Assembly (NCBI GenBank): GCA_963778655.1
Contig: CAVZVA010000010.1
Coordinates: 224,001-288,000 of the forward strand
Reading direction: 5' to 3'
Source of the DNA: an uncultured delta proteobacterium
GTDB taxonomy: Bacteria > Myxococcota_A > Polyangia > Polyangiales > JAFGIB01
DNA: 64,000 nt
Shown here: piece by piece, positions 28,220 through 38,018 of the stretch
How the letters are laid out: the number at the start of each line of letters is the position of its first letter
Position numbering within the stretch: position 1 is the first letter of the stretch
Made by a program: the position numbers and the translations under genes
Notes under the pieces: model-generated
What the model was told of the DNA's origin: nothing
The model's database searches: none
The model's input: only the letters and a program-made list of their open reading frames with translations

Positions 28220-29716
28220 TCACCCGGCCCGGCCCACGATCTCCTCGACCAGCTCCGCGGGGAGCTGACCGCTGCGCTGCAGCTCGCGCATGCGCACGAT
28301 CGACTTGCCGCCGAGCTCGGCGATGCCGTGGCCCTCGAGCGTCTCGGTATACTGCTTGGGCGCGTAGGCGGCGAGCGCGCGCGGGTCCGAGCCTTGCAGC
28401 GCGTGCAGCAAGTCGAGCAGCGCGTCGAGCGAGTTCATCTTCATGAACGGGCAGCTCGCGCAGCCGCCGGCGGTCGAGCAACCCTCGCCCGCCAGCACCC
28501 CGGGCACGATCGGCAGCTCGCGCTCGCCGGTGCGCGCCACCGCCTCGGCCGCCACCGGAAACACGATCTCGACCACGATCTCGGGCCCGCCCGCGTCGCG
28601 CAGCGCGCGCAGCTGCTGCTGCACCTTGCGCGCGACCGGCGTGATCATGCCCGACTCGGTGCCCAGGATGAAACGCAGCTCCGCCGGCGCGCGCGCCGTC
28701 ACCGCCGCGCTCACCTTGGCGTTGATGAAGTCGAGAATGTTCGAGGTCGAGCCCACCACCCCGCGGCCCCGCCGCTGCGCCTCAAAGCCGAGCGCAAACA
28801 TCTCGCCCGGCACCTCGAGGTGCGCGGTCACGAACGCGTCCTGGTAGTCGCGGCGCACCTGCGCCACCACCGCCTCTCCGAACATGTGGTGCACGATGCA
28901 CACGCCCTGCTCGAAGTAGTGGAAGCGCTCGCGCGCCGCGGCCAGGCTCGCCGGGGTGTGCGCCGGGTGCAACTTTGCCACGCCAGCCGCGTCGAGGCCG
29001 GACAGCGCCTGCAGCATGTCCGCGAGGTTGCGGCCCATGTACGTGTCCGGCCCGAACCACACGTGCAGGTCCGGCACCTGCGCGTAGGCCTGCAGCAGCA
29101 GCGACAGCACGTTCGACGAGGTGCAGGTCAGCGTCGGCAGCAGGCTCTGCGCGCGCGCCTTCACCTTCAAGCTGGTGTTGACGTAGATGACGTGCAGCGA
29201 GCGCGGCGTGCGCGCGGCCTTGCTCAGATACGCGCCGTAAGCGGGCGCTTCGGCCGACTCCGCCAGCGAGCAGCCGATCGGATCCTTGGCCACGCGGAAC
29301 ACCGGCAGCTGGCCGTAACCCGCGGCGTCGAGCACGGCGCGCACGTTCTCGCTCATGAAGTCGACGCCGAGCACCACGATCGCGCGCGCGCCCTGCTGCG
29401 CCATGCGCAGCGCCTCGTCGGCCATCTTCAGCGAGTCGGCGATGCAAATGCGCGCCCCGTCGCAGGCCGACAGCACGCCCTGCAGCTCCGCGTCCATGTA
29501 GAAGTGCGCGACCACGCCCGCGCCGGTGCTCGCCAGCAGCTCCGAGAGCGCGGCCACCGCTTCCTCATCGGGATCGAGAAAGCTCGCCTGCGCCTGCGCG
29601 AAGCTGCCGCGCGGCTCGAAGCGATCGGCGTGGATGCGCAGCGCCGGAAAGGGCGCGGCCCCGATCGGCCGGCCGCTCACGCCGGATGCGCCCGGCTGCA
29701 TGCCGCTGGCTTGCAT
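28220..29716 (-). CDS. nadA: Quinolinate synthase (plant-type NadA)
   Basis: AHFYMD, ADSL, GVDFMSEN, GCSLA, YVNTS, CTSSN, CIVH, AHLE, GSTS, GTESG and CPFMKMN motifs. Confidence 0.9.
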   Translation of the reverse strand: MQASGMQPGASGVSGRPIGAAPFPALRIHADRFEPRGSFAQAQASFLDPDEEAVAALSELLASTGAGVVAHFYMDAELQGVLSACDGARICIADSLKMADEALRMAQQGARAIVVLGVDFMSENVRAVLDAAGYGQLPVFRVAKDPIGCSLAESAEAPAYGAYLSKAARTPRSLHVIYVNTSLKVKARAQSLLPTLTCTSSNVLSLLLQAYAQVPDLHVWFGPDTYMGRNLADMLQALSGLDAAGVAKLHPAHTPASLAAARERFHYFEQGVCIVHHMFGEAVVAQVRRDYQDAFVTAHLEVPGEMFALGFEAQRRGRGVVGSTSNILDFINAKVSAAVTARAPAELRFILGTESGMITPVARKVQQQLRALRDAGGPEIVVEIVFPVAAEAVARTGERELPIVPGVLAGEGCSTAGGCASCPFMKMNSLDALLDLLHALQGSDPRALAAYAPKQYTETLEGHGIAELGGKSIVRMRELQRSGQLPAELVEEIVGRAG

Positions 29717-29726
29717 GCCACTGCTC

Positions 29727-31736
29727 TTACCAGAGCCGACAGGTCGCGTCACGCCGGCGCCGGCGCGCCAGCACGAGCGAAAGCACTCCGAACGCCGCAA
29801 GCGCAGCAGGCCAGTCACGCGCGCGACCCACACTGCAGCCACAGCCGGCTCGCGCGCGCACGGGCGGCGACGCCTGCTTCGCCCGGGTCCCGGCCACCAC
29901 CACGGCGGCCCCAGGTCCACTCACCCCTGGTGCGCTGCCAGCGGGCGCGTCCGCCGAGCCTCCTGGCACGCCGTGTCCGAACAGCGTCACGACACCGTAT
30001 CCGGGCACCGCAAGACGCAGCGAGGCGTCCGCGACCACCGGCGTAGAGGGCTTGAGATAGCTGCCGTCGTGCGAGGTGACAGCCTCGAACGCGCCGAAGG
30101 CGCGCGGGGAGGTCGGCAGCACGACTGTCACGGAGGCGTCGCGTGGCGACGTATTGACGAGCACAACCGTCAAGCTGGCGTCGCGGTCGTGGAGATAGGC
30201 GCTGGCGAGCAACGCATCGTCTCCCCTCACGCGCGCCAGCACGCGCACCGCCCCCGGTCTGATGTAGCGGAAGAAGTGCTTGACGGCGACGTACTTCGGC
30301 GATGCGCCCCGCAGGTCTGCATCGGTCAGCGTTTCGCCACGGACGGGCTTGCCGTCGGTCAGTTGCCAGTACAGCCACGCGCTTTCCCGCCCTGCAGTCA
30401 GCGCTTGATGGATCTTCAGGGCGATGCCGAACGCGCCTTCGGAGGGAAAGCCGCCGGCCGGGGCCAGCCAGCTCGCCGCCTCACCCGAGGTTTCGGTCAT
30501 CCACGACTTCTTGTGGTAGGCGGTGAAGCCCTTGGCGAACGTGGGCAAGCCTCGCGCCGGCTCCCATGTCCAGCCCTCGGCCCACGCTTGCCACAGCGCC
30601 GGGCTCGCGCCGGCCGCCGTGACCCCATCCGCGGCATAGCCGTGGATGCAGAAAAAGTCGAGCGCGCGCGCTGCGGCCGGATCGGCAGCGACTGCCTGCA
30701 GCAGCTGCAGATTCCTGTGCCGCATGCTGCTTCCGCTGCCGGATTGCCACAGGCCGTATAGGTCTGCGCTCAGCAGATCCTCAGGGCCCATGATGCGAAT
30801 CGCCCGCAGATCGTCGTAGCGATTGAGCTCGGCCCGAGCTGCCTCCAGCGCGGCGACATAGCCCGCGGCCCGCGGATAAGAGCAGCTGTTGTAGTATTCC
30901 TCGAAGCTGAGCTCGTTCTGGAGGCTGATCGCATACAGGCGGACGCTATACTTGCGCTGAAACCCCCGCAGGTACGCGGCAAGCCCACGCGCGAATTGGG
31001 TCAGCGCGCTGGTCGGCCCGGTGCCGCCGAGGCTGCTGTCATCGAGCTCCACGCGCGGGATACCCGAGGTGTCCAGGACGCCGCCCGCGAAGTTCCCGTT
31101 CCAGATGAAGGGCCAGGGCGCGCCGTCGAGCGGCTTGCTGCCGCGCAGGCCGGCGATCGCGCGACCCGACGAAAGCTTGAGCCACGGCGCGGGTGACCAG
31201 AGCGAAGCGACCAGCTTGAAATCGCCCAGGGAGTGCAGCCGCTGCGCAGCAGCCTGGGCTGCGAGCCCCGCGCTCCTCGCCATCTCCGCGTCGAAGTCGA
31301 AGTACTCGAGGTTGCGGTCGATATCGGGTCCCATCACCGCGATCTTCGCGCTGTGACCGCCCCAGGGTCGCGCGTAGCTCGCCGCGTCCGTATAGGCACG
31401 AACGTTGTCGTGATCTGGCCCCGGCAGCGCGGCGGCACCCGGGAACCCAGGCGAGTTGTAGGCGAAGTCGGAGTACGGCGACTTGAAGCGCGGGGTGAGA
31501 TCGAAGCGCAAGATCGAGGCGCGCAGATCGTCGAAGTACAGCGCCTTCCACCATGACTGCTGCGCCTCGCCGCCACTCAGACAGGTGCCGAAGCCGTCGA
31601 TGGTCTGAGCCCGCCCCGCGGCCGAGGTGTCGATCTCGACCGTCTGCGCACGCGCCGGCGCGATGAACGCTGTTGCGCCGAGCAACACGGCGGCCGCCGC
31701 ACGTGGCCACAGGCGGCCGATCCGGGGGTCGAACAT
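29727..31736 (-). CDS. GH30-like glycoside hydrolase with MYXO-CTERM-like tail
   Basis: QTIDGFG, WSPAPWLK, ISLQNE (acid/base), WMTETSG (nucleophile), HFFRYIRPGAVR; C-terminal GCGCSV + TM + RRRR. Confidence 0.85.
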   Translation of the reverse strand: MFDPRIGRLWPRAAAAVLLGATAFIAPARAQTVEIDTSAAGRAQTIDGFGTCLSGGEAQQSWWKALYFDDLRASILRFDLTPRFKSPYSDFAYNSPGFPGAAALPGPDHDNVRAYTDAASYARPWGGHSAKIAVMGPDIDRNLEYFDFDAEMARSAGLAAQAAAQRLHSLGDFKLVASLWSPAPWLKLSSGRAIAGLRGSKPLDGAPWPFIWNGNFAGGVLDTSGIPRVELDDSSLGGTGPTSALTQFARGLAAYLRGFQRKYSVRLYAISLQNELSFEEYYNSCSYPRAAGYVAALEAARAELNRYDDLRAIRIMGPEDLLSADLYGLWQSGSGSSMRHRNLQLLQAVAADPAAARALDFFCIHGYAADGVTAAGASPALWQAWAEGWTWEPARGLPTFAKGFTAYHKKSWMTETSGEAASWLAPAGGFPSEGAFGIALKIHQALTAGRESAWLYWQLTDGKPVRGETLTDADLRGASPKYVAVKHFFRYIRPGAVRVLARVRGDDALLASAYLHDRDASLTVVLVNTSPRDASVTVVLPTSPRAFGAFEAVTSHDGSYLKPSTPVVADASLRLAVPGYGVVTLFGHGVPGGSADAPAGSAPGVSGPGAAVVVAGTRAKQASPPVRARAGCGCSVGRARDWPAALAAFGVLSLVLARRRRRDATCRLW

Positions 31737-31862
31737 GGTCGGCAGCTTGCCCGCGATTCGACGGCCCTTCAAACCGGGCTGCGCGCGCGGCGCACACCAA
31801 CCCGCGTTGACAGCTCTGCGCGCAGGTCGCATTGTCGCGCCCTTCACCTGCGAGGTGTCGTC

Positions 31863-32456
31863 GTGATCGAGGTCGGGGCACGCGCACAGGGTCGGATCGT
31901 ACTGATCGGCGGCGGAGTGCGCTCGGGCAAGAGTCGCTTCGCGCTCGCGCGAGCGCGCCAGCTCGGCCCGCGCCGTGCCTTCATCGCCACCGCGCAGCCA
32001 AGCGACGCCGAGATGCGGGCGCGCATCGAAGCGCACGCACGCGAGCGCAGCGGCGAATTCACGACGCTGGAAGCGCCGCGCGCGCTGGTCGCTGCGCTGC
32101 GCGCGCTGGATCCGGGCGCGACCGACGTGGTGGTGGTCGATTGCCTGACCCTGTGGCTGTCGAACCTGCTGCTCGACGGCCGCCCGCCCGAGGCCGCGCT
32201 CGGCGAGGTCGACGCGCTGTGCGATGTGCTGGCGACCCGCCGTGTGCACGCCGTGCTGGTCACCAACGAGGTGGGCATGGGCGTGGTGCCCGAGTCCGCG
32301 CTCGGGCGCACGTTTCGCGATCTCAGCGGCCGCGCTCACCAGCGCCTGGCGCAGATCGCGGACGAGATCCACTTCGCGCTGCTCGGCGTGATGCTGCGCA
32401 TCCGTCCCGAGCCCATTAGCGCAAACCCCACAGGAGAGCCGCCATGCAGCGATTGA
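31863..32456 (+). CDS. cobU: Adenosylcobinamide kinase/guanylyltransferase
   Basis: GGVRSGKS, DCLTLWLSN, TNEVGMGVVP and FRDLSG motifs. Confidence 0.95.
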   Translation: MIEVGARAQGRIVLIGGGVRSGKSRFALARARQLGPRRAFIATAQPSDAEMRARIEAHARERSGEFTTLEAPRALVAALRALDPGATDVVVVDCLTLWLSNLLLDGRPPEAALGEVDALCDVLATRRVHAVLVTNEVGMGVVPESALGRTFRDLSGRAHQRLAQIADEIHFALLGVMLRIRPEPISANPTGEPPCSD

Positions 32457-33502
32457 CCGAAGCGGTCGCCCAGATCCGTCCTGTGCCGCGCGCGATCGCC
32501 GAGCAGGCGCAACGCAAGCTCGACTTCAAGACCAAGCCGCGCGGCAGCCTGGGGCGGCTGGAAACGCTGGCCTGCCGGCTGTGCGCGATCTACGGCAGCC
32601 TCGAGCCGGGGTTGCCGGACAAGGCGATCGTGGTGATGGGCGCCGACCACGGCGTGGCCGCCGAGGGGGTGAGCGCGTATCCGCAGGAGGTCACCGCGCA
32701 GATGCTGCTGAACTTCGCGCGCGGCGGCGCCGCGATCAACGTGCTGGCGCGGCACGCGGGCGCGCGCGTGGTGGTGGTCGACATCGGCGTCAAAGAAACT
32801 CTGCCCTCGCTGCCCGAGATCCGCAGCGCGCGCATCGCCGCCGGCACTCACAGCTTCACCCGCGGGCCGGCGATGACGCGCGCACAGGCGCTCGACGCGA
32901 TCGCCACCGGCGTGGCGCTGTCGGCGGAGCTGACCGGCGCGGGCACCAAGCTGCTCGGCATCGGCGACATGGGCATCGGCAACACCACCGCCTCGAGCGC
33001 GCTGACCGCGGCCCTGCTCGGCGTGGCCCCCGAAGAGGTGACCGGGCGCGGCACCGGGATCGACGACGCCACCCACCTGCGCAAGATCGAGGTCATCCGC
33101 CAGGGGCTCGCGCACAATCAGCCCGACCCGAGCGACGCGCTCGACGTGCTGCACAAGCTCGGCGGTTTCGAGATCGCGGGCCTGTGCGGGGTGGTGCTGG
33201 GCGCGGCGGCGCGCGGCGCGGCGGTGGTGGTGGACGGCTTCATCGCCAGCGTGGCCGCGCTGTGCGCGGTGCGGCTTTCGCCGGCCGCCGCCGACTACCT
33301 GATCGCCTCGCACCGCTCGGTCGAGGCGGGTCATCGCCTGGTGTTGCAAGCGCTCGGCCGCGAGCCGCTGCTCGACCTCGAGCTGCGCCTGGGCGAGGGC
33401 ACCGGCGCGGCGCTGGCGATGACGCTGTGCGACGCGGCGCTGCGGGTGCTGCGCGAGATGGCCACCTTCGAATCCGCGGGCGTCACCGACGCCGGAGCCT
33501 GA
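32444..33502 (+). CDS. cobT: Nicotinate-nucleotide-dimethylbenzimidazole phosphoribosyltransferase
   Basis: KPRGSLGRLE, ADHGV..EGVSAYPQEVT, GDMGIGNTT and LRLGEGTGA motifs. Confidence 0.95.
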   Translation: MQRLTEAVAQIRPVPRAIAEQAQRKLDFKTKPRGSLGRLETLACRLCAIYGSLEPGLPDKAIVVMGADHGVAAEGVSAYPQEVTAQMLLNFARGGAAINVLARHAGARVVVVDIGVKETLPSLPEIRSARIAAGTHSFTRGPAMTRAQALDAIATGVALSAELTGAGTKLLGIGDMGIGNTTASSALTAALLGVAPEEVTGRGTGIDDATHLRKIEVIRQGLAHNQPDPSDALDVLHKLGGFEIAGLCGVVLGAAARGAAVVVDGFIASVAALCAVRLSPAAADYLIASHRSVEAGHRLVLQALGREPLLDLELRLGEGTGAALAMTLCDAALRVLREMATFESAGVTDAGA

Positions 33503-33509
33503 GCGCCGC

Positions 33510-34244
33510 ATGCGGGCCGGCCTGATCGCGCTCGCGTTTCTCACCCGCTTGCCGCTGCGCACGGGCGCGGTGGAGCCGGCGGAGCTGGGTCGCGCTGCCG
33601 GCTTCTTCCCGCTGGTCGGGCTGCTGCTCGGCGCGTTGCTCGCGGCTGCGCAACTGGGGCTCGCGCGCGTGCTGCCGCCGCAGCTCGCCGCGCTGCTGCT
33701 CGTCACCGCGTGGGCGCTGCTCAGCGGCGGCCTGCACCTGGACGGCGTGGCCGATCTGTTCGACGCGCTCGGCGGCGGGCGCGGCGACCGCGAGCGCATG
33801 CTCGCGCTGATGCGCGACAGCCGCATCGGCGCGCACGGCGCGAGCGCGCTCGTGCTGTTGCTGCTCGGCAAGGTGCTGGCCCTGGCCGAGCTCTTGCACG
33901 GCGGCGGGCTGTGGCCGCTGCTGCTGGCGCCCGTGGTGGCGCGCTTCGCGGTGGTGCCGCCGCTGGCGCTGATGCGCTACGCGCGCGAGGAAGGTCTGGG
34001 CAAGGCCTTTCACCAGCACATCCGCCGCCGCGATCTCGCTTTCGCTGCGGCGTGCCTGGTCGCCAGCGTCGCGGCCGCGGGCGCGCCCGCGCTTGCGCCC
34101 GCGTTGCTCGCGCTCGCGCTCGCATTCGTGCTCGCCGCCCTGGTCGCGCGCAAGCTCGGTGGCTTGACCGGCGACGTGTGCGGCGCGGTGATCGAGCTCA
34201 GCGAGCTGGCGTTTCTGCTGGCGTGCAACGCGACCGCGTGGTGA
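33510..34244 (+). CDS. cobS: Adenosylcobinamide-GDP ribazoletransferase
   Basis: FLTRLP, GGLHLDGVAD, MRDSRIG and GGLTGDVCGA motifs. Confidence 0.95.
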   Translation: MRAGLIALAFLTRLPLRTGAVEPAELGRAAGFFPLVGLLLGALLAAAQLGLARVLPPQLAALLLVTAWALLSGGLHLDGVADLFDALGGGRGDRERMLALMRDSRIGAHGASALVLLLLGKVLALAELLHGGGLWPLLLAPVVARFAVVPPLALMRYAREEGLGKAFHQHIRRRDLAFAAACLVASVAAAGAPALAPALLALALAFVLAALVARKLGGLTGDVCGAVIELSELAFLLACNATAW

Positions 34245-34268
34245 CTGCGCGACGCGCGGCGGCGGCTC

Positions 34269-34297
34269 TTGACACCGTGCAACCCGCGGCGCATCGT
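34269..34297 (+). promoter_or_regulatory. sigma70-type promoter for the riboswitch/TonB receptor operon
   Basis: TTGACA-17 bp-CATCGT just before the riboswitch. Confidence 0.6.
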
Positions 34298-34305
34298 CCT
34301 GCCGT

Positions 34306-34490
34306 CTGAGGCGCTGGCGCGCATGGTGCTCGCCGGTGGTCGGGGCAAAGCCCCGATAGGGAAGCCGGTTCAAAGCCGGCGCGAACCCGTCACGGTAGGC
34401 GGTCGAACGCTCCCTCACTGGAGCCACTGGCGCAGCGGCGCTGGGAAGGCGAGGGAGCCTAGGATCGCGAGCCCGGAAACCTGCTCAGGC
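34306..34490 (+). ncRNA. Cobalamin (B12) riboswitch
   Basis: ATAGGGAAGCCGGTTCAAAGCCGGC..CCCGTCACGGTA, GCCACTG..GGGAAGG and B12-box GAGCCCGGAAACCTGC; lies upstream of a TonB receptor. Confidence 0.92.
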
Positions 34491-34595
34491 CGTCGTTTTC
34501 CTTTCGCCTCGGGGATGGTGGATGGATCGGGCCAAGCACGCCTTTCGCGCTCGCCGCAGATCCGGATTCCGTTCGCCGCAGGTTGAACGGAGCCG

Positions 34596-36647
34596 GTGCA
34601 CGTGGCCTCCCGCCTGACCGCGCTCGCGCTGAGCGGCGTGATTTCGCTGTGTGCGCACGCGGCGGCCCAGACGCCGGGTGATCGCGGGCAGCCGGCGCGC
34701 GAGGGCGCGTACGCGGCCACCGCGCTGGTGGTGCGCCCGCTTTCGGCGACCAACGGCGAGGATCCGAGCGCCGCCGGCACCGAGGTCGACGCGCGTGCGC
34801 CGCTTGCGGCGCAGGCCAGCGTTAGCGATGTGCTGCTGCAGGTGCCGGGCGCCAAGCCACTGCGGACCGGCGCCACGGGCAGCTTCGCCGGCGCCTCGCT
34901 GCGCGGCGCCGAGCTCGAGCACACCGCGGTGTTATTCGGCGAGATCCCGCTGTCCTCGGCCGACGCCGCGGCCTTCGACCTGAGCACGGTTCCGCTGTGG
35001 CTGCTCGATCGCGTCACCGTGTATCGCGGCGGCGCGCCCGCCTGGCTCAGTCAAGGCGCGATCGGCGGCGTGTTGCAGCTGCAGGCGCGCAGCGCGCAGG
35101 GCGAGGCGCTCGCGGCCACCGCCCTGGCCGGCTCGTTCGGCAGTTACGGGCTTTCGGCCGAAAGCGCGGTCGTGCCCGAGGACGCGCACGCGCCTTCGTT
35201 GCTGGCCTCCGTCGGCGTGCTCAGCTCGCGCGGCGACTTCAAGTACGTCTACGACAACAAGACCGTCTTCGATCCGAGCGACGACTACACCGTCGCGCGC
35301 AAGAACGCCGACCTGGTCGACGGGCACGCCTTGCTGCACGCGCGCCAGCCCGTCGGTCCCGGTGCGTTCGAGCTGCTGCTGCTCGGCTTCGAGCGCGCCG
35401 CGGGCGAGCCCGGCCCGCCCGCCGATCCGGTCTCCGCCGCGCGCCGGAATCTGACACGCGGGCTGTTCGGCCTGAGCTACGGGCTAACACGCCAAGACTC
35501 GCGCGGGGGGCGGCTGCTGCGGCTGCAGGCGCTGGTCTCGGGCAGCTTCGAGCGCGCGCGCGTGAGCGACCGCTTCGGCGAGATAAACCGAACGAGCGCC
35601 ACGCTCAGCGATGACCTCGGGCTGCGCGGCTTCGGCCGCCTCGCCGGCAGCGCGGCGCTGGCGCGTTTCTTGGAGCTGACCGTGGTCGGCACGCTGGCGC
35701 GCGACGCGCGCATGCCGGAGGACCGCCTGCGGCGCGTCCAGATCCCCGACTCGGGACGCACCAGCCTGGCCGGCGTGGCCGAGCTCAACCTGCACGCAGC
35801 GCTGGGGCAGCACCGCTTCGAGCTGCGACCGTCGCTGCGGATCGAGCACACCTTCGCCAGACTCTACGCGGACAGCTTCGGCACGCCGGGCGCAAACCAC
35901 GCCGGCGACACGCTGGCGACCTATCGACTGGCGCTCGCGCTCGGGCTGCTGGGCGGGCTCACGCTGAGCGCGTCGGCCGCCAGCGGCGCGCGCGTGCCGA
36001 GCATGCTCGAGCTGTTCGGCGATGGCGTGCTGCTGCTGGGCAACGTCGCGCTGCAGCCCGAGCGCAGCCGCAGCTACGACCTGGGCCTTACCGAGCTCGC
36101 GCGCAGCGGGCCACTTTCGCTGCGCGCCGAGCTGCGCGGCTTCGCGCTCGACATCGATGACCAGATCATCTTGGTGCGCAACTCGTTTTCCCAGCTGGTG
36201 CCGCAGAACCTCGCGCGCAGCCGCATCCGCGGGCTCGAGCTCGGCGCGCGCGCCGACTTCGGCCCGACGCTGTGGCTCAACGCCGCCGCCACCCTGCTCG
36301 ACACCGAGGGCAAGCCAGGGCGCAGGCTGCCGAACCGCCCGCCGCTGATCCTGTACGCACAGCCGGGCGTGAGCTGGCGTCCGGGCCGCGTGCTCGACGC
36401 GCTGCACGCCTTCGTGGAGATGAGCCTGGTCGGACATCGCTACAGCGATCCCGACAACCAGACGCCGCTGGAGCCGAGCCAGATCTTTTTCGGCGCGGGC
36501 GTCGCGCTCGCATTCCTGGGCTCGCACGCGGAGCTGCGCGCGACGCTCGGCGACGCGCTCGACCGCGGCGGCCACGACCTACTGGGCTACCCCCTGCCGG
36601 GGCGCAGCCTGATGACGTCACTGACCTACAGAGAGGGCAAACCATGA
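34596..36647 (+). CDS. btuB: TonB-dependent receptor, probable cobalamin transporter
   Basis: Plug motifs (LLQVPG, SLRG, DLSTVP..LLDRVTVYRG), ARVPSMLELFG, GN..LQPERS and GYPLPGRS; downstream of the B12 riboswitch. Confidence 0.85.
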   Translation: MHVASRLTALALSGVISLCAHAAAQTPGDRGQPAREGAYAATALVVRPLSATNGEDPSAAGTEVDARAPLAAQASVSDVLLQVPGAKPLRTGATGSFAGASLRGAELEHTAVLFGEIPLSSADAAAFDLSTVPLWLLDRVTVYRGGAPAWLSQGAIGGVLQLQARSAQGEALAATALAGSFGSYGLSAESAVVPEDAHAPSLLASVGVLSSRGDFKYVYDNKTVFDPSDDYTVARKNADLVDGHALLHARQPVGPGAFELLLLGFERAAGEPGPPADPVSAARRNLTRGLFGLSYGLTRQDSRGGRLLRLQALVSGSFERARVSDRFGEINRTSATLSDDLGLRGFGRLAGSAALARFLELTVVGTLARDARMPEDRLRRVQIPDSGRTSLAGVAELNLHAALGQHRFELRPSLRIEHTFARLYADSFGTPGANHAGDTLATYRLALALGLLGGLTLSASAASGARVPSMLELFGDGVLLLGNVALQPERSRSYDLGLTELARSGPLSLRAELRGFALDIDDQIILVRNSFSQLVPQNLARSRIRGLELGARADFGPTLWLNAAATLLDTEGKPGRRLPNRPPLILYAQPGVSWRPGRVLDALHAFVEMSLVGHRYSDPDNQTPLEPSQIFFGAGVALAFLGSHAELRATLGDALDRGGHDLLGYPLPGRSLMTSLTYREGKP

Positions 36648-37951
36648 GCTACGGCGAGCTGGGATTGGGATTGTGCGCGCTGCTGTGCGCCTGCGCGGGC
36701 CAGAGCGGAACGGGGGTGGGCGGCGCCCAGCACGACGGCTACTTCGCCACCGTCTCCAGCAACTACACGGGCGCCAGCAGCATTTCGCTGCTGGGCAAGG
36801 ACGGCAAGGTGGTGGACGCGCAGTGGGTCGGCTCCAAGGCCGCCAACCCGGAGCTGCGCAACCCGCTCTCCGATGACGTGGTGCTGCCGACGGTCTCGTA
36901 TTCGCGGCGCTACCTCACCACCATCGAGCGCGGCCTGGGCGTGATCACGCGCTTCGATCTCGACCAGGGCCAGGTGCTCGGCCAGCTGCGCAGCGACGAC
37001 TCGGCGCCGGACGACATGGCCGCCTATCACAGCAACCCGCAGGACGTGTTCTACGTCGACGACCACAGCGCCTGGGTCAGCCGCTGGACGCCCAACCCGG
37101 ATGCGAGCGCGGAGCCGCGCGATCGCGGCGACGACCTGATCGAATTCGATCCGGGCAAGATGAAGCGCGGCGCGCGCCGCATCGATCTGTCGTCGCTGGA
37201 CGAGATGGTCGACGAGCAGCAATTCGACGACCAGGGCAACCCCGCACAGACCGTGAGCGCGGTCGCGTACGCACGACCCGCGGGCCTGGTGCCGGCGGGC
37301 GACTTTCTGGTCGTGGGCCTGGTGCGCGCCACCGACGCCTTCACCTACGCCGGCGGTATGCTCGCGATCGTCGATCCGGCAGCGGGCAAGCTGGTGGGCA
37401 GCGTGGCGATCGACGGTCTCAGCAACTGCGGCAGCGTGTACCCGGCGCAGGACGACGCGAGCCACGTGCTGGTCGCGTGCAGCGGCTCGTGGAGCGACGG
37501 CGGGGCCAGCGCCGGCATCGCCGAGGTCGCGGTGGACAGCGACGGCAAGGGCAAGCTGGTCGAGCGCTTCAAGCCCGCCGACCACGAAGGCGCGGCCGTG
37601 AGCTCCGGGCCGCTGGTCTCGATCGGCGCGCACGTGGTGGTGGCGATCGCCGCAGGCTCGCTCGACGCGGCGAGCATGCAGGTGAGCGCGCCCGACGCCG
37701 CCTATCGCGTCGACCTGGACAGCGGAGAGCAGAAGCTGCTCTACCAGAGCGAAGGCGCATTTGCGCTCGGCGTGCCTGCGTTCGAGCCGGACACCGGCGT
37801 GCTGCTGCTGCCGGACGCCGGCTCCAGCGACAAGCCGCTCTACGGCGTGCGCCGCTTCGTGCTCTCGAGCGACGGAACGCTCACCGACAAGGGCTTCGTG
37901 AAGGTGGCCGCGGACACCACGCTCGCGGTGCGCCAGGTGCAGCTGCTTTGA
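36644..37951 (+). CDS. Lipoprotein, probable beta-propeller corrinoid-binding partner of the TonB receptor
   Basis: ATGA overlap with the receptor, LCAC lipobox, beta-rich with SNPQDV..V....AWVSR blade-like motif. Confidence 0.7.
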   Translation: MSYGELGLGLCALLCACAGQSGTGVGGAQHDGYFATVSSNYTGASSISLLGKDGKVVDAQWVGSKAANPELRNPLSDDVVLPTVSYSRRYLTTIERGLGVITRFDLDQGQVLGQLRSDDSAPDDMAAYHSNPQDVFYVDDHSAWVSRWTPNPDASAEPRDRGDDLIEFDPGKMKRGARRIDLSSLDEMVDEQQFDDQGNPAQTVSAVAYARPAGLVPAGDFLVVGLVRATDAFTYAGGMLAIVDPAAGKLVGSVAIDGLSNCGSVYPAQDDASHVLVACSGSWSDGGASAGIAEVAVDSDGKGKLVERFKPADHEGAAVSSGPLVSIGAHVVVAIAAGSLDAASMQVSAPDAAYRVDLDSGEQKLLYQSEGAFALGVPAFEPDTGVLLLPDAGSSDKPLYGVRRFVLSSDGTLTDKGFVKVAADTTLAVRQVQLL

Positions 37952-38018
37952 CGCGCACGCGGGGGACGCCGTGCTGATCCCTGCCTCGGTGTCGTCTTCG
38001 CTCTGGTGCCCCGAGTCA

